Source: Planctomycetota bacterium (lineage in GTDB: Bacteria > Planctomycetota > UBA1135 > UBA2386). Taken from it: a stretch of DNA of 64,000 nt. The stretch is from assembly GCA_046290465.1 (NCBI GenBank), contig JBKAGP010000001.1:192001-256000 (forward strand). Reading direction: 5' to 3'. Position numbers and translations under genes: made by a program. The notes under the pieces were generated by a model that had not been told where the DNA came from, ran no database searches, and saw only the letters and a program-made list of their open reading frames with translations. Positions 17,613 to 26,484 of the stretch are shown here, one piece after another (position 1 is the first letter of the stretch; every line of letters begins with the position of its first letter).

Positions 17613-19790
17613 TTGACCCGCTTCGCACCGTTGTCCGACCCGTCCCCGTCCACCGCCCCGCAGGCCGTCTCCGGTCGCCCGACCAGGCTCGCCCTCGTCG
17701 GCAGCGGCTTCATCGCCGACGTGCACCTGCAGGTACTCAAGAGCGTCAAGAACGTGCGCGTCGTCGCGCTCTGTGACGTCGCCACCGAGCGCGCCCGGAA
17801 GCTCGCCGGCAAGTACGGGGTGCCGCAGACGTTCGCGTCGATCGACGAGATGGCGGCCGGCTGCGAGCTCGACGCGGTGCACCTGCTGGTGCCGCCCGGC
17901 CTGCACCAGGACCTCGCCGCCCAGTGCCTGCAGCACGGCTGGCACACGCTGGTCGAGAAGCCGCTGGTGCTGCGCAGCGCCGAGGTCGACCAGCTGCAGC
18001 AGCTGGCGCAGCGGCATGGCCGCGTGCTGGCCGTCAACCACAACCAGACCTTCCACCCGGCGATCCGGCGCCTCGAGCGCCACGTCGCGACCGGCCGGCT
18101 CGGCCGCCTCGAGCACCTGACGCTGCAGCACCACGTGCCGCTGCGGCAGCTGCAGACCGGCGACGTCGGCCACTTCATGTTCCAGACCGAGGCGAACATC
18201 GTCTGGGAACAGGGCGTGCACCTGTTCTCGATGGTCTACGGGCTGCTCGGCGCGTGCCGTGACGTGCAGGTCTTGACCGGCGACCGCCGCCGCCTGGCCA
18301 ACGGGGTGCAGTTCGTCGAGGAGTGGATCGCGCGGCTGACCTGCGAGCGCGGCACGGCGACCGTTCGCATGGCGTTCGGCAAGCCGTGGCTCGAGACCAC
18401 CGTGCAGGCGATCGGCTCCGACGGCGGCGCGCTGCTCGACCTTGCGCGCGGCAGCTGCTGGCTGCGCCGCAAGACCCGCTGGCTCGACTTCCTCGACGGC
18501 GCGCGCAACCTCGCCGCGGGCGGCCTGCACCTGACCGGCCGCGCGTTCGGCACGCTGTTCGGCTACGCGTTCGGGCTGTTCAAGGTCGCGTTCCCGGACG
18601 ACCCGTTCCTGCGCGGCATGCGCGGCACGCTGACGTCGTTCCACGGCGCGGTGCGCGGCGAGGCGTTGCCCGATGCGATGACCGCGGCGGGCGCCAAGGC
18701 CGTGCTCGAGATGTGCGAAGGGGTCGCGCGCGCCGGCGGCGTCCACCTCGATGCACCGCCCGCGCCGACGCCGCTGGCAGCGCCCGGCCCGGCGCGCCCC
18801 GGCGAGGTCGTCGTGCTCGGCGGCACCGGCCTGATCGGCCGTCGCTGCGTGCGGCGGCTGCGTCAGGACAAGCGGCCGGTGACGCTGTTGGTGCGCAAGC
18901 CGGACCTGCTGCCGGCGGAGCTGCGCGACGGTTCGGTGCGTGTGTTCGTCGGCGACGCCGCCGATCCCGCGGTGCTGGCCGAGGCCTTCGCCGGCGCCGA
19001 ACGGGTGCTGCACCTGGCGACCGCGGCGGGCACCGACCCCGCCCGGATCGAACAGGTCATGTCGGACGCGGTGCGCGTCGCGGGCGAAGCGGCCCGGGCG
19101 GCCGGCGTGCGGCGGTTCGTGTTCGCGAGCAGCACGGCGGCGCTGTGGCTCGGCGAGCACGGCAAGATCGACGGCATGTGCGGCACCGATCCGCGGCCGG
19201 AGCAGCGCGCCGGCTCTGCGCGCGGCAAGATCGCGAGCGAGCGTGTGCTGCACGAACTCGCCCAGCCGGGCGCGGACGGCAACGGCCTCGAGGTCACCGT
19301 GATCCGCCCGGCGATCGTCGTCGGCCACGACGGCATCTTCGAGCACTCGGGCATCGGCCTGTGGGTGCGCGACAACCAGTGCGTCGGCTGGGGGCTCGGC
19401 AAGCACCCGCTGCCGTTCGTGCTGGCCAGCGACTGCGCGCAGGCGTTCGTCGCCGCGCTCGACGCGCCCGACGCCGGCGGCAAGACCTACAACCTCGCCG
19501 GCGACGTGCGGCTGACGGCGCGCGACTACGTCGAGGCGATGGCGTCGCGCACCGGTCGCGACTACCACTTCCACCCGACGCCCCTGTGGTGGATGTGGGC
19601 GCAGGAGCTCGGCAAGTACGGGGTCAAGGTGCTGGCGCGCAAGCAGCGCGACTGGCCGGCCTACCGCGACTTCGCGTCGCGCTCGTTCACGACCGAACTG
19701 GACTGCTCCGACGCCAAGCGCGACCTCGGTTTCCAGCCCGAGTGCGACCGCGGCCGCTTCCTCAGCCGGATCTTCGACCACCGCGGATGA
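17613..19790 (+). CDS. Fusion of a Gfo/Idh/MocA oxidoreductase and an NAD-dependent epimerase/dehydratase
   Basis: VGSGFIA and VEKP in the N-half; GGTGLIG and extended-SDR features in the C-half; TTG start uncertain. Confidence 0.85.
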   Translation: MTRFAPLSDPSPSTAPQAVSGRPTRLALVGSGFIADVHLQVLKSVKNVRVVALCDVATERARKLAGKYGVPQTFASIDEMAAGCELDAVHLLVPPGLHQDLAAQCLQHGWHTLVEKPLVLRSAEVDQLQQLAQRHGRVLAVNHNQTFHPAIRRLERHVATGRLGRLEHLTLQHHVPLRQLQTGDVGHFMFQTEANIVWEQGVHLFSMVYGLLGACRDVQVLTGDRRRLANGVQFVEEWIARLTCERGTATVRMAFGKPWLETTVQAIGSDGGALLDLARGSCWLRRKTRWLDFLDGARNLAAGGLHLTGRAFGTLFGYAFGLFKVAFPDDPFLRGMRGTLTSFHGAVRGEALPDAMTAAGAKAVLEMCEGVARAGGVHLDAPPAPTPLAAPGPARPGEVVVLGGTGLIGRRCVRRLRQDKRPVTLLVRKPDLLPAELRDGSVRVFVGDAADPAVLAEAFAGAERVLHLATAAGTDPARIEQVMSDAVRVAGEAARAAGVRRFVFASSTAALWLGEHGKIDGMCGTDPRPEQRAGSARGKIASERVLHELAQPGADGNGLEVTVIRPAIVVGHDGIFEHSGIGLWVRDNQCVGWGLGKHPLPFVLASDCAQAFVAALDAPDAGGKTYNLAGDVRLTARDYVEAMASRTGRDYHFHPTPLWWMWAQELGKYGVKVLARKQRDWPAYRDFASRSFTTELDCSDAKRDLGFQPECDRGRFLSRIFDHRG

Positions 19791-20851
19791 GCGCACGGCG
19801 GCGCTTCGTGCACGTCTTCGCGACGTTCGGGCGAGGCGGGCCACAGGTGCGCGCGGTGCAGCTGATGCAGCACCTCGGCGACGAGGTCGAACACGTCGTG
19901 CAGGCGATGGACGGCAACACCGACGCGCGCGAACTGCTGCCGGCCGCCTCGTCGGTGACGTTCGCGGCGCCGCCGCCGCGCGGCTCGTTCTTCGCGACCC
20001 GCAAGGTGCAGGCGGCCTGGCTCGGCGCACAGCGGCCCGACCTGGTGCTGACCTACAACTGGGGTGCGATCGAGTCGGTGGCGGCGGCCCGCCGGTCGCG
20101 GCTGCCGCTGGTGCACCACGAGGACGGCTTCGGCCCCGAGGAGGTCGAACGGCGGCTGCGTCGGCGCAACTGGATGCGCCGCTGGCTGCTGCGGTCGGTG
20201 CCGGTGGTCGTGCCGTCCACCGGCCTGCAGCAGATCGCGCGTCGGGAGTGGGGCGTGACGGCGCAACACCTCGTCAACGGGGTCGATCTGGAACGCTTCG
20301 CACCGGCGCCGGAGGAGCGGCAACCGCTGGTGGTCGGCACCGTCGGCGGCCTGCGGCCCGAGAAGGACTACGCGGTGCTGCTGCAGGCCGTCGCGAGCAT
20401 GCAGCGTGAGGTCCGGCTGGTGCTGGTCGGCGGTGGCGCGCTCGAGGCGCAGCTGCGCGCCGAGGCCGAGCGGCTGTCGCTGGCCGAGCGGGTGGAGTTC
20501 TGCGGCTTCACCAACGACACCGCGCCGCACTACCGCACGTTCTCGGTGTTCGCGATGTCGTCGCGGACCGAGCAGATGCCGATCGCGCTGGTCGAGGCGA
20601 TGGCCAGCGGCCTGCCGGTCGCGGCCACCGATGTCGGCGACATCCGCGCCGTCGTCTCCGAACCCAACCAGGACCTGATCGTGCCGCCGCGCGACCCGCG
20701 GGCGCTGGCGATGGCGCTGGACCGGCTGGGTGCCGACCGCGAGCTGCGCGCGCGGCTGGGCGCCGCCAACCGGGCCGTGGCCGAACGGCGCTACGAGGCG
20801 GTCCGGTGCCTGCAACGGTTCTGCGACGTCTACCGTGCGGCGATGCGCTGA
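19787..20851 (+). CDS. GT4-family glycosyltransferase
   Basis: NGVD, VGGLRPEKD, SRTEQMPIALVEAMASGLPVAATDVG; ATGA overlap with the upstream gene. Confidence 0.9.
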   Translation: MSARRRFVHVFATFGRGGPQVRAVQLMQHLGDEVEHVVQAMDGNTDARELLPAASSVTFAAPPPRGSFFATRKVQAAWLGAQRPDLVLTYNWGAIESVAAARRSRLPLVHHEDGFGPEEVERRLRRRNWMRRWLLRSVPVVVPSTGLQQIARREWGVTAQHLVNGVDLERFAPAPEERQPLVVGTVGGLRPEKDYAVLLQAVASMQREVRLVLVGGGALEAQLRAEAERLSLAERVEFCGFTNDTAPHYRTFSVFAMSSRTEQMPIALVEAMASGLPVAATDVGDIRAVVSEPNQDLIVPPRDPRALAMALDRLGADRELRARLGAANRAVAERRYEAVRCLQRFCDVYRAAMR

Positions 20852-20911
20852 CGCGCGCGTGCGGCAGTTCGGCATTGACGCACCGGCCGCTGCGCCCGCA
20901 AGATCGGCGGT

Positions 20912-21874
20912 GTGACCTCGTCGTCCGAGAACGTCCAGCCGCTGCGCCAGAAGGTGCACGGCCCGCAGCGCACGTGGATGAAGCGGCTGCTCGGGCAGTT
21001 CCATGTGACCGGCACGTTCTGGTACCGATGGCACTACTGGGCCACGTGGTATCCCAACTGGTTCATCACGGCGATGGTCTGGCTGCACACCTGGTTCTTC
21101 TGGGCGGTGCTGTTCCAGATCCGCGCGGCGGTGCAGAGCAACCTCGACGTCGCGATCGGCAGGTGCGGGTGGTTCGAGCGGCAGCGACGGGTCTGGCGCA
21201 CCTTCCACGAGTTCGCCTGGTGCCACACCGAACGTTACGAGCAGTTCCGGCCGCACAAGCGGTTCACGTTCGACTTCGCCGGCGACGACACCTACGAGGT
21301 CATGAAGCAGACCCGGCGCGGCTTCGTGTTCTTCACCGCGCACTTCGGCAACTGGGAGATGGGGCCGCTGACCGACGCGCTGCCCGGCGGGCGCAAGTTC
21401 CACGTCGTGCGCGAACCCGAGATGAGCGCGGGGGCGCAGGCGTTCGTGCAGGAGCTGTTCGACAAGCACCCGCAGCGGGACCAGTTCGTGGTGCACTACG
21501 CCGGCGCGGACATGGCGCTCGGCGCCAAGCTGCTGATGGCGCTGCGCAAGGGCGACGTCGTCGGCATGCCCGGCGACCGGCCGCGCACCGGCATGGAGAC
21601 GATCACGGCCGAGATGTTCGGGCGGCCGATGCCGCTGCCGCCGGGCCCGGTCGCGCTGGCGCGCGCGGCCAATGCGCTGATGGTGCCGGTGTTCGTGTTC
21701 CGCGAAGGTCGCCGCCACTACCGCGTCGAGCTGTGGGATCCGATCGAGGTCGGCCAGAGCGACGACAAGGACGCCGACGTGCGCGCGGGCGTCGACGCGA
21801 TGGCCAAGGCGTGCGAGCAGGCGATCCGGCGACGGCCGCACCACTGGTTCTGCTGGCGCAAGCTGTGGCCGTAG
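20912..21874 (+). CDS. Lipid A lauroyl-type (LpxL-family) acyltransferase
   Basis: TAHFGNWE, GDRP, FG...PPGP and C-terminal PHHWF. Confidence 0.85.
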   Translation: MTSSSENVQPLRQKVHGPQRTWMKRLLGQFHVTGTFWYRWHYWATWYPNWFITAMVWLHTWFFWAVLFQIRAAVQSNLDVAIGRCGWFERQRRVWRTFHEFAWCHTERYEQFRPHKRFTFDFAGDDTYEVMKQTRRGFVFFTAHFGNWEMGPLTDALPGGRKFHVVREPEMSAGAQAFVQELFDKHPQRDQFVVHYAGADMALGAKLLMALRKGDVVGMPGDRPRTGMETITAEMFGRPMPLPPGPVALARAANALMVPVFVFREGRRHYRVELWDPIEVGQSDDKDADVRAGVDAMAKACEQAIRRRPHHWFCWRKLWP

Positions 21875-21886
21875 CGGCCGCCGACC

Positions 21887-22276
21887 TCAGCGCGCCGCGG
21901 CCTGCAGGCGCGCGCCCATGCGCTCGGCGCGCTGCAGGATCGAGTCGGCGAGCGGTTGCGACAGGCACTGCTCGGCGACCTCACGGAACAGCGACAGCCA
22001 GCGCGTGAAGTGGGCCGGGGTGACGCCGGGCAGGCCCTGGTGGGCGAGCATCGGGTTGCCGGTGTAGCGATCGGTGCCGCGCAGGATCGTCGACCAGAAG
22101 CGCACCATCTTGTCGAGGTGGGCGGGCCAGGCGTCGGCGTCGATGCGCGACGCGAACACCGGCCCGAGCAGCGGCTCGTCGCGGATCCGGTCGTAGAAGC
22201 GGTGGACGAGGGTCTCGATCTGTTCGTCCTGCAGCGCGATCTGCAGCTCGAGCACGTTGAGGATGCGGCGGGTCAT
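21887..22276 (-). CDS. Group III truncated haemoglobin
   Basis: LVHRFYDRIRDEPLLGPVF, W..HL.KM..FWS, YTGNPMLAH, HFTRWLSLF. Confidence 0.92.
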   Translation of the reverse strand: MTRRILNVLELQIALQDEQIETLVHRFYDRIRDEPLLGPVFASRIDADAWPAHLDKMVRFWSTILRGTDRYTGNPMLAHQGLPGVTPAHFTRWLSLFREVAEQCLSQPLADSILQRAERMGARLQAAAR

Positions 22277-22284
22277 GCGATATA

Positions 22285-22303
22285 CTGGTATCCAGGATAC
22301 CAG
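22285..22303. promoter_or_regulatory. Perfect 9-1-9 palindrome, candidate NsrR-type operator
   Basis: CTGGTATCC-A-GGATACCAG in the 38-bp gap between the divergent globin and Rrf2 genes. Confidence 0.75.
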
Positions 22304-22314
22304 AAACAACACGC

Positions 22315-22740
22315 ATGCAGCTCAGCAAGTTCAGCGACTACTCGCTGCGGGTCCTGATGTACGTCGGCCTGCGCGGCGAGCAGGCTTCGCCGGTCCGAGA
22401 GATCGCCGGCGCGTTCGACGTGTCGACGCACCACTTGACCAAGGTCGCCCACAAGCTGGTCGAACTCGGCCTGCTGCAGGCCCGGCGCGGCCGCGGCGGT
22501 GGCCTGGTGCTCGCGGTGCCGGCCGAGCAGATCGTGGTCGGCGAGGTCGTGCGCGCGACCGAGAACCTCGACCTGGTCGAGTGCATGGCGGACGGCGGCG
22601 CGTGTGTGCTGGCCGGCGGCTGCCGGCTGCAGCGGGCCTTGGCGCGCGCCCGCGACGCGTTCCTCGCCGAGCTCGACCTGGTCGGGCTCGACGAACTGCT
22701 GGCCCCGCGGCGCGCGCTGCGCAGCCGGCTGCAGCTGTAG
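22315..22740 (+). CDS. nsrR: Rrf2-family NsrR-like NO-sensing regulator
   Basis: MQLSKFSDYSLRVLMY, HLTKV, RGRGGG and three Cys (VECM...CVLAGGC). Confidence 0.85.
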   Translation: MQLSKFSDYSLRVLMYVGLRGEQASPVREIAGAFDVSTHHLTKVAHKLVELGLLQARRGRGGGLVLAVPAEQIVVGEVVRATENLDLVECMADGGACVLAGGCRLQRALARARDAFLAELDLVGLDELLAPRRALRSRLQL

Positions 22741-22749
22741 GGCGAACGG

Positions 22750-24591
22750 CTAGAAGCTGGTGCGGTGCAGGTCCCACATGTTGCCCTGCCACGGCTCCCA
22801 GTTGCGCGTCCACTCGCCGACCGTCTCGATCTGCATGTAGCGGTCCATGTAGTCGAAGTAGGCCGGATGTGCCCAGGCGCCGTCGAGGTTCATGATGTGC
22901 GCGGCGAGCGTCTGGCCGACCCAGGCGTTGGCGGTGCAGCAGCGGCGGTAGGGATCGCCTTCCCACAGCACGTTGTCGTTGGACGGATACTGCGTATGGC
23001 TGTTGCCCCACTCGGGCATGCCGTCGTGGCTGCTGTCGTAGCCGCCGTGGCCCCAGTTGTAGACGCCGGGCGCGGTCTGCTCGACATAGAACGTCTGGCA
23101 GTCCTCGCCGAACTGCGAGGCGTTGTTGGGATGGCCCGATCCGTAGTAGCCAGAAGGATGGCTGGTGCCGATGGCCAGCATCGGCGCGTCGTTGAGCACC
23201 CGGCCGGCGAACAGGATCGGGAACTTGCGGCCGCTGCACTGGCCGCCGACGCCGCTCCAGTAGCCGCCGTTCTGCACGTTGCCCCAGAAGTCGATGCCGA
23301 TCTGCGTCATGCGCACCAGCAGGTCGCGCTTCTGCGAGTTGGGCAGGTCGAGCTGCAGCATCAGCGCGCCGGTGCCGAACAGCGACGTGAAGTCGCGGCC
23401 GTAGTCCGGCATGTTGTCGATCGGGTGCAGGTAGCGCGAGGTCCAGCTGGCGCAGTGGTCGAGCCAGACGCGCTCGAACCTGGCCGCGGTCTCGGCGAGG
23501 TCCGGCTGCTGCGCCGCCGACACCAGGCTGCCCAGCGCGTTGTAGTCGAGGTCCGACTCGTTGTGCCGGATGGTCTTGTCGGAGCCCGAATAGGGCGGGC
23601 GGAACGAGCCGGCGGGCGCGTCCGCGGCCAGCACGGTCAGCACGACCGCGGTCTGCAGCTGCGAGAACGAGCCGTTCGCCGGCGGGTTGCTGTCGGTCCA
23701 GCTGATGCTCGAGATCAGGCTGTTGCCGGCGCCGAGCACCAGCGGCGACGACGGCGACACACCCCACGCGACGTTGCGCGACGGCTGGTAGCGCGAGCCG
23801 GCATACGGGCCGTAGAGCGTCGAGTCGTAGCCGTGCAGGCCCTGGTCGATCGCAGTCGCGTCGGGGTTGAGCATCGAGCCGTTGATGACGCGGCCGGCGA
23901 CTTCCTGGGTCTGCGGCGAGATCGAGACGATCTCGACGGGGCCCTTGACCCACCAGTCGCCGTTGGCGAACTGGCCGACGCTCTCGGGCTCGGAGAACTG
24001 CCAGGTGACGCCATGATGGGTGATCGACGAGGCCAGCGTGCTGCTGCTGCCGCCGCCGCCGCCACCGCTGCCGCCGCTGCCGCCACCGCTGCCGCCGCTG
24101 CCGCCACCGCTGCCGCCACCGCTGCCGCCACTGCTGCCGCCACTACCGCCGCTGCTCTCGACCGTGACCCCGTCCGAGGTCACCACGACCGAGACGTTGC
24201 CGGCCGCGTCACAGGCGCGCACCGAGCAGAAGTAGGTGGTCGCGACCTGCAGTTGCACGGTCTCATTGCTGGCGCCGATCGCGGCGCCGACGTCGGTCCA
24301 GACCTGCACCTCCTCGCCGCCGGGCGTCGTGCCGATCGCCCATTCGTAGGACGTCACCGGGCCCTGGTCGTCGATGAAGTCGACCCAGTTGGCGGTGATC
24401 GTGGTGGTCGACTCCTGGGTGTCGATGTCGTCGTCGGGGCCGTCGAAGACCTGGCCGGCCTGCGGCGGGATCGTGTCGGTGACCGAGCCGGCGCTCTCGC
24501 CGCCGCCGGAGCCGCAGGCGGCCAGCGCCAGCAGCGCGGCCGTGGCAGAAGCGGGAGCGAGGAGGCGGCCGTTGGGATGATGATCGCACAT
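22750..24591 (-). CDS. Lipoprotein with an Ig/Fn3-like domain, Gly/Ser linker and unknown C-terminal domain
   Basis: Lipobox LAAC; YEWAIGTTPGG...YFCSVRA.D.AGN...SDGV module; GGSG-type linker at about 24040-24155. Confidence 0.8.
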   Translation of the reverse strand: MCDHHPNGRLLAPASATAALLALAACGSGGGESAGSVTDTIPPQAGQVFDGPDDDIDTQESTTTITANWVDFIDDQGPVTSYEWAIGTTPGGEEVQVWTDVGAAIGASNETVQLQVATTYFCSVRACDAAGNVSVVVTSDGVTVESSGGSGGSSGGSGGGSGGGSGGSGGGSGGSGGGGGGSSSTLASSITHHGVTWQFSEPESVGQFANGDWWVKGPVEIVSISPQTQEVAGRVINGSMLNPDATAIDQGLHGYDSTLYGPYAGSRYQPSRNVAWGVSPSSPLVLGAGNSLISSISWTDSNPPANGSFSQLQTAVVLTVLAADAPAGSFRPPYSGSDKTIRHNESDLDYNALGSLVSAAQQPDLAETAARFERVWLDHCASWTSRYLHPIDNMPDYGRDFTSLFGTGALMLQLDLPNSQKRDLLVRMTQIGIDFWGNVQNGGYWSGVGGQCSGRKFPILFAGRVLNDAPMLAIGTSHPSGYYGSGHPNNASQFGEDCQTFYVEQTAPGVYNWGHGGYDSSHDGMPEWGNSHTQYPSNDNVLWEGDPYRRCCTANAWVGQTLAAHIMNLDGAWAHPAYFDYMDRYMQIETVGEWTRNWEPWQGNMWDLHRTSF

Positions 24592-24769
24592 GGGTGAACC
24601 TTTTGCCGGTATCGGCATCGAGGCTGCGCTTCCGACGTTTCGGTCCCGCGCCGGGACGGCCGGCCGGTCCAGGTGTGGGACCGCTGGTCGGGTCCGCCGG
24701 AATGCCGCGGTGCGATGGGGGTTCCGGTTGGCCCGCGGGGCGCCGGGTCGCTATCCTGCCCGCCCCGCC

Positions 24770-26482
24770 ATGTCGCTGAACGACCTCGAAATCGCACGTT
24801 CCATCCCGCTTCGTCCGCTGTCCGAGGTCGCTCGGGTCATGGGCCTGACGGCCGACGACCTCGAGCCCTACGGCCACAGCAAGGCGAAGGTCAAGCTCGA
24901 CCGACTCAAGGAGCCGGCCCAGAAGCAGGGCAAGTACATCGTCGTCACGGCGATCACGCCGACGCCGCTGGGCGAGGGCAAGACGGTGCACACCGTCGGC
25001 ATCAGCCAGGCGCTCAACCGGATCGGCAAGGGCACCTGCTGCGTGATCCGTCAGCCGTCGATGGGGCCGGTGTTCGGCATCAAGGGCGGTGCTGCGGGCG
25101 GTGGCTACAGCCAGGTCGTGCCGCCCGAAGAAATGAACCTGCACCTGACCGGCGACTTCCACGCGGTCACCTCGGCGCACAACCTGTGCGCGGCGTTCCT
25201 CGACGCGCACCTGTTCCACGGCAACGAGAAGAACATCGACCCGGAGCAGATCACGTGGCGGCGGGTGATGGACATGAACGACCGTGCGCTGCGTGAGATC
25301 GAGGTCGCGCGCGGCGGCCCGAGAGAGGATGGCAAGCCGGGGAACGGCACGCCGCGCGTCACCGGCTTCGACATCACGTCGGCGTCGGAGATCATGGCGG
25401 TGCTCGGCCTCGCCAAGGACATCCACGACCTGCGCAAGCGCCTCGGCGAGATGGTGGTCGGCTACGACACCGACGGCAAGCCGGTGACCGCCGAGCACAT
25501 CAAGGCGGCGGGCGCGATGACCGCGATCCTCAAGGACGCGCTCAAGCCGACGCTGATGCAGACCCTCGAAGGCACGCCGGCGCTGGTGCACACCGGGCCG
25601 TTTGCCAACATCGCGCACGGCAACAGTTCGATCGTCGCCGACTACGTCGCGCTGCGTTCGGCCGACTACGTGGTCACCGAGGCCGGCTTCGGCGCCGACA
25701 TGGGCGCCGAGAAGTTCTTCGACATCAAGTGCCGCGCGTCGGGCCTCAAGCCGGACGCGGCGCTGCTGGTCGCGACGGTGCGCGCGCTGAAGACGCACAG
25801 CGGCCAGTTCGAGATCAAGCCCGGCAAGCCGCTGCCCGAGGGCCTGTCGCAGGAGAACCTCGAGGCGCTCGAGCAGGGCATCGGCAACCTCGAGAAGCAG
25901 ATCGAGAACGTGCGCCAGTTCGGCGTGCCGGTCGTGGTCGCGATCAACAAGTTCCCGACCGACAGCGAGGCGGAGATCGCGTTCGTCAAGGAGCGCGCGC
26001 TCGCTGCGGGCGCCTCGGACGCGCACATCTCGACGCTGTTCGCCGACGGCGGCAAGGGCGGCGAGGACCTGGCGCATGCGCTGGTCAAGGCGTGCGAGGA
26101 GCCGAGCACGTTCCAGCTGCTCTACAAGGACGAGGACAGCCTGAAGCAGAAGATCGAGACGATCGCGACCAAGATCTACGGCGCCGACGGCGTCGACTAC
26201 GAGCCGGAGGCCGACCAGCAGCTGGCCAAGTTCGAGGAGGCCGGCTTCGGCCGACTGCCGATCTGCATGGCCAAGACGCAGTACTCGCTGAGCCACGACC
26301 CGGCGCTGAAGGGCCGCCCGACCGGCTTCCGCTTCAAGGTGCGCGACGCCCGCGTCGCCGTTGGCGCCGGCTTCGTCTACCCGCTCGCCGGCGCCATCAT
26401 GACGATGCCGGGCCTGGGCAAGGCGCCAGCCGGCCACAACATGGACATCGACGACAACGGCAACGTCATCGGCATGATGTAA
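24770..26482 (+). CDS. fhs: Formate--tetrahydrofolate ligase
   Basis: TAITPTPLGEGKT, GIKGGAAGGGYSQV, HTGPFANIAHG, TEAGFGAD, CMAKTQYS, IMTMPGL. Confidence 0.97.
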   Translation: MSLNDLEIARSIPLRPLSEVARVMGLTADDLEPYGHSKAKVKLDRLKEPAQKQGKYIVVTAITPTPLGEGKTVHTVGISQALNRIGKGTCCVIRQPSMGPVFGIKGGAAGGGYSQVVPPEEMNLHLTGDFHAVTSAHNLCAAFLDAHLFHGNEKNIDPEQITWRRVMDMNDRALREIEVARGGPREDGKPGNGTPRVTGFDITSASEIMAVLGLAKDIHDLRKRLGEMVVGYDTDGKPVTAEHIKAAGAMTAILKDALKPTLMQTLEGTPALVHTGPFANIAHGNSSIVADYVALRSADYVVTEAGFGADMGAEKFFDIKCRASGLKPDAALLVATVRALKTHSGQFEIKPGKPLPEGLSQENLEALEQGIGNLEKQIENVRQFGVPVVVAINKFPTDSEAEIAFVKERALAAGASDAHISTLFADGGKGGEDLAHALVKACEEPSTFQLLYKDEDSLKQKIETIATKIYGADGVDYEPEADQQLAKFEEAGFGRLPICMAKTQYSLSHDPALKGRPTGFRFKVRDARVAVGAGFVYPLAGAIMTMPGLGKAPAGHNMDIDDNGNVIGMM

Positions 26483-26484
26483 CC

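Noticed and set aside
24040..24155. GCC/GCT-rich tandem repeat
   Set aside because: Fully explained as the Gly/Ser linker of the lipoprotein
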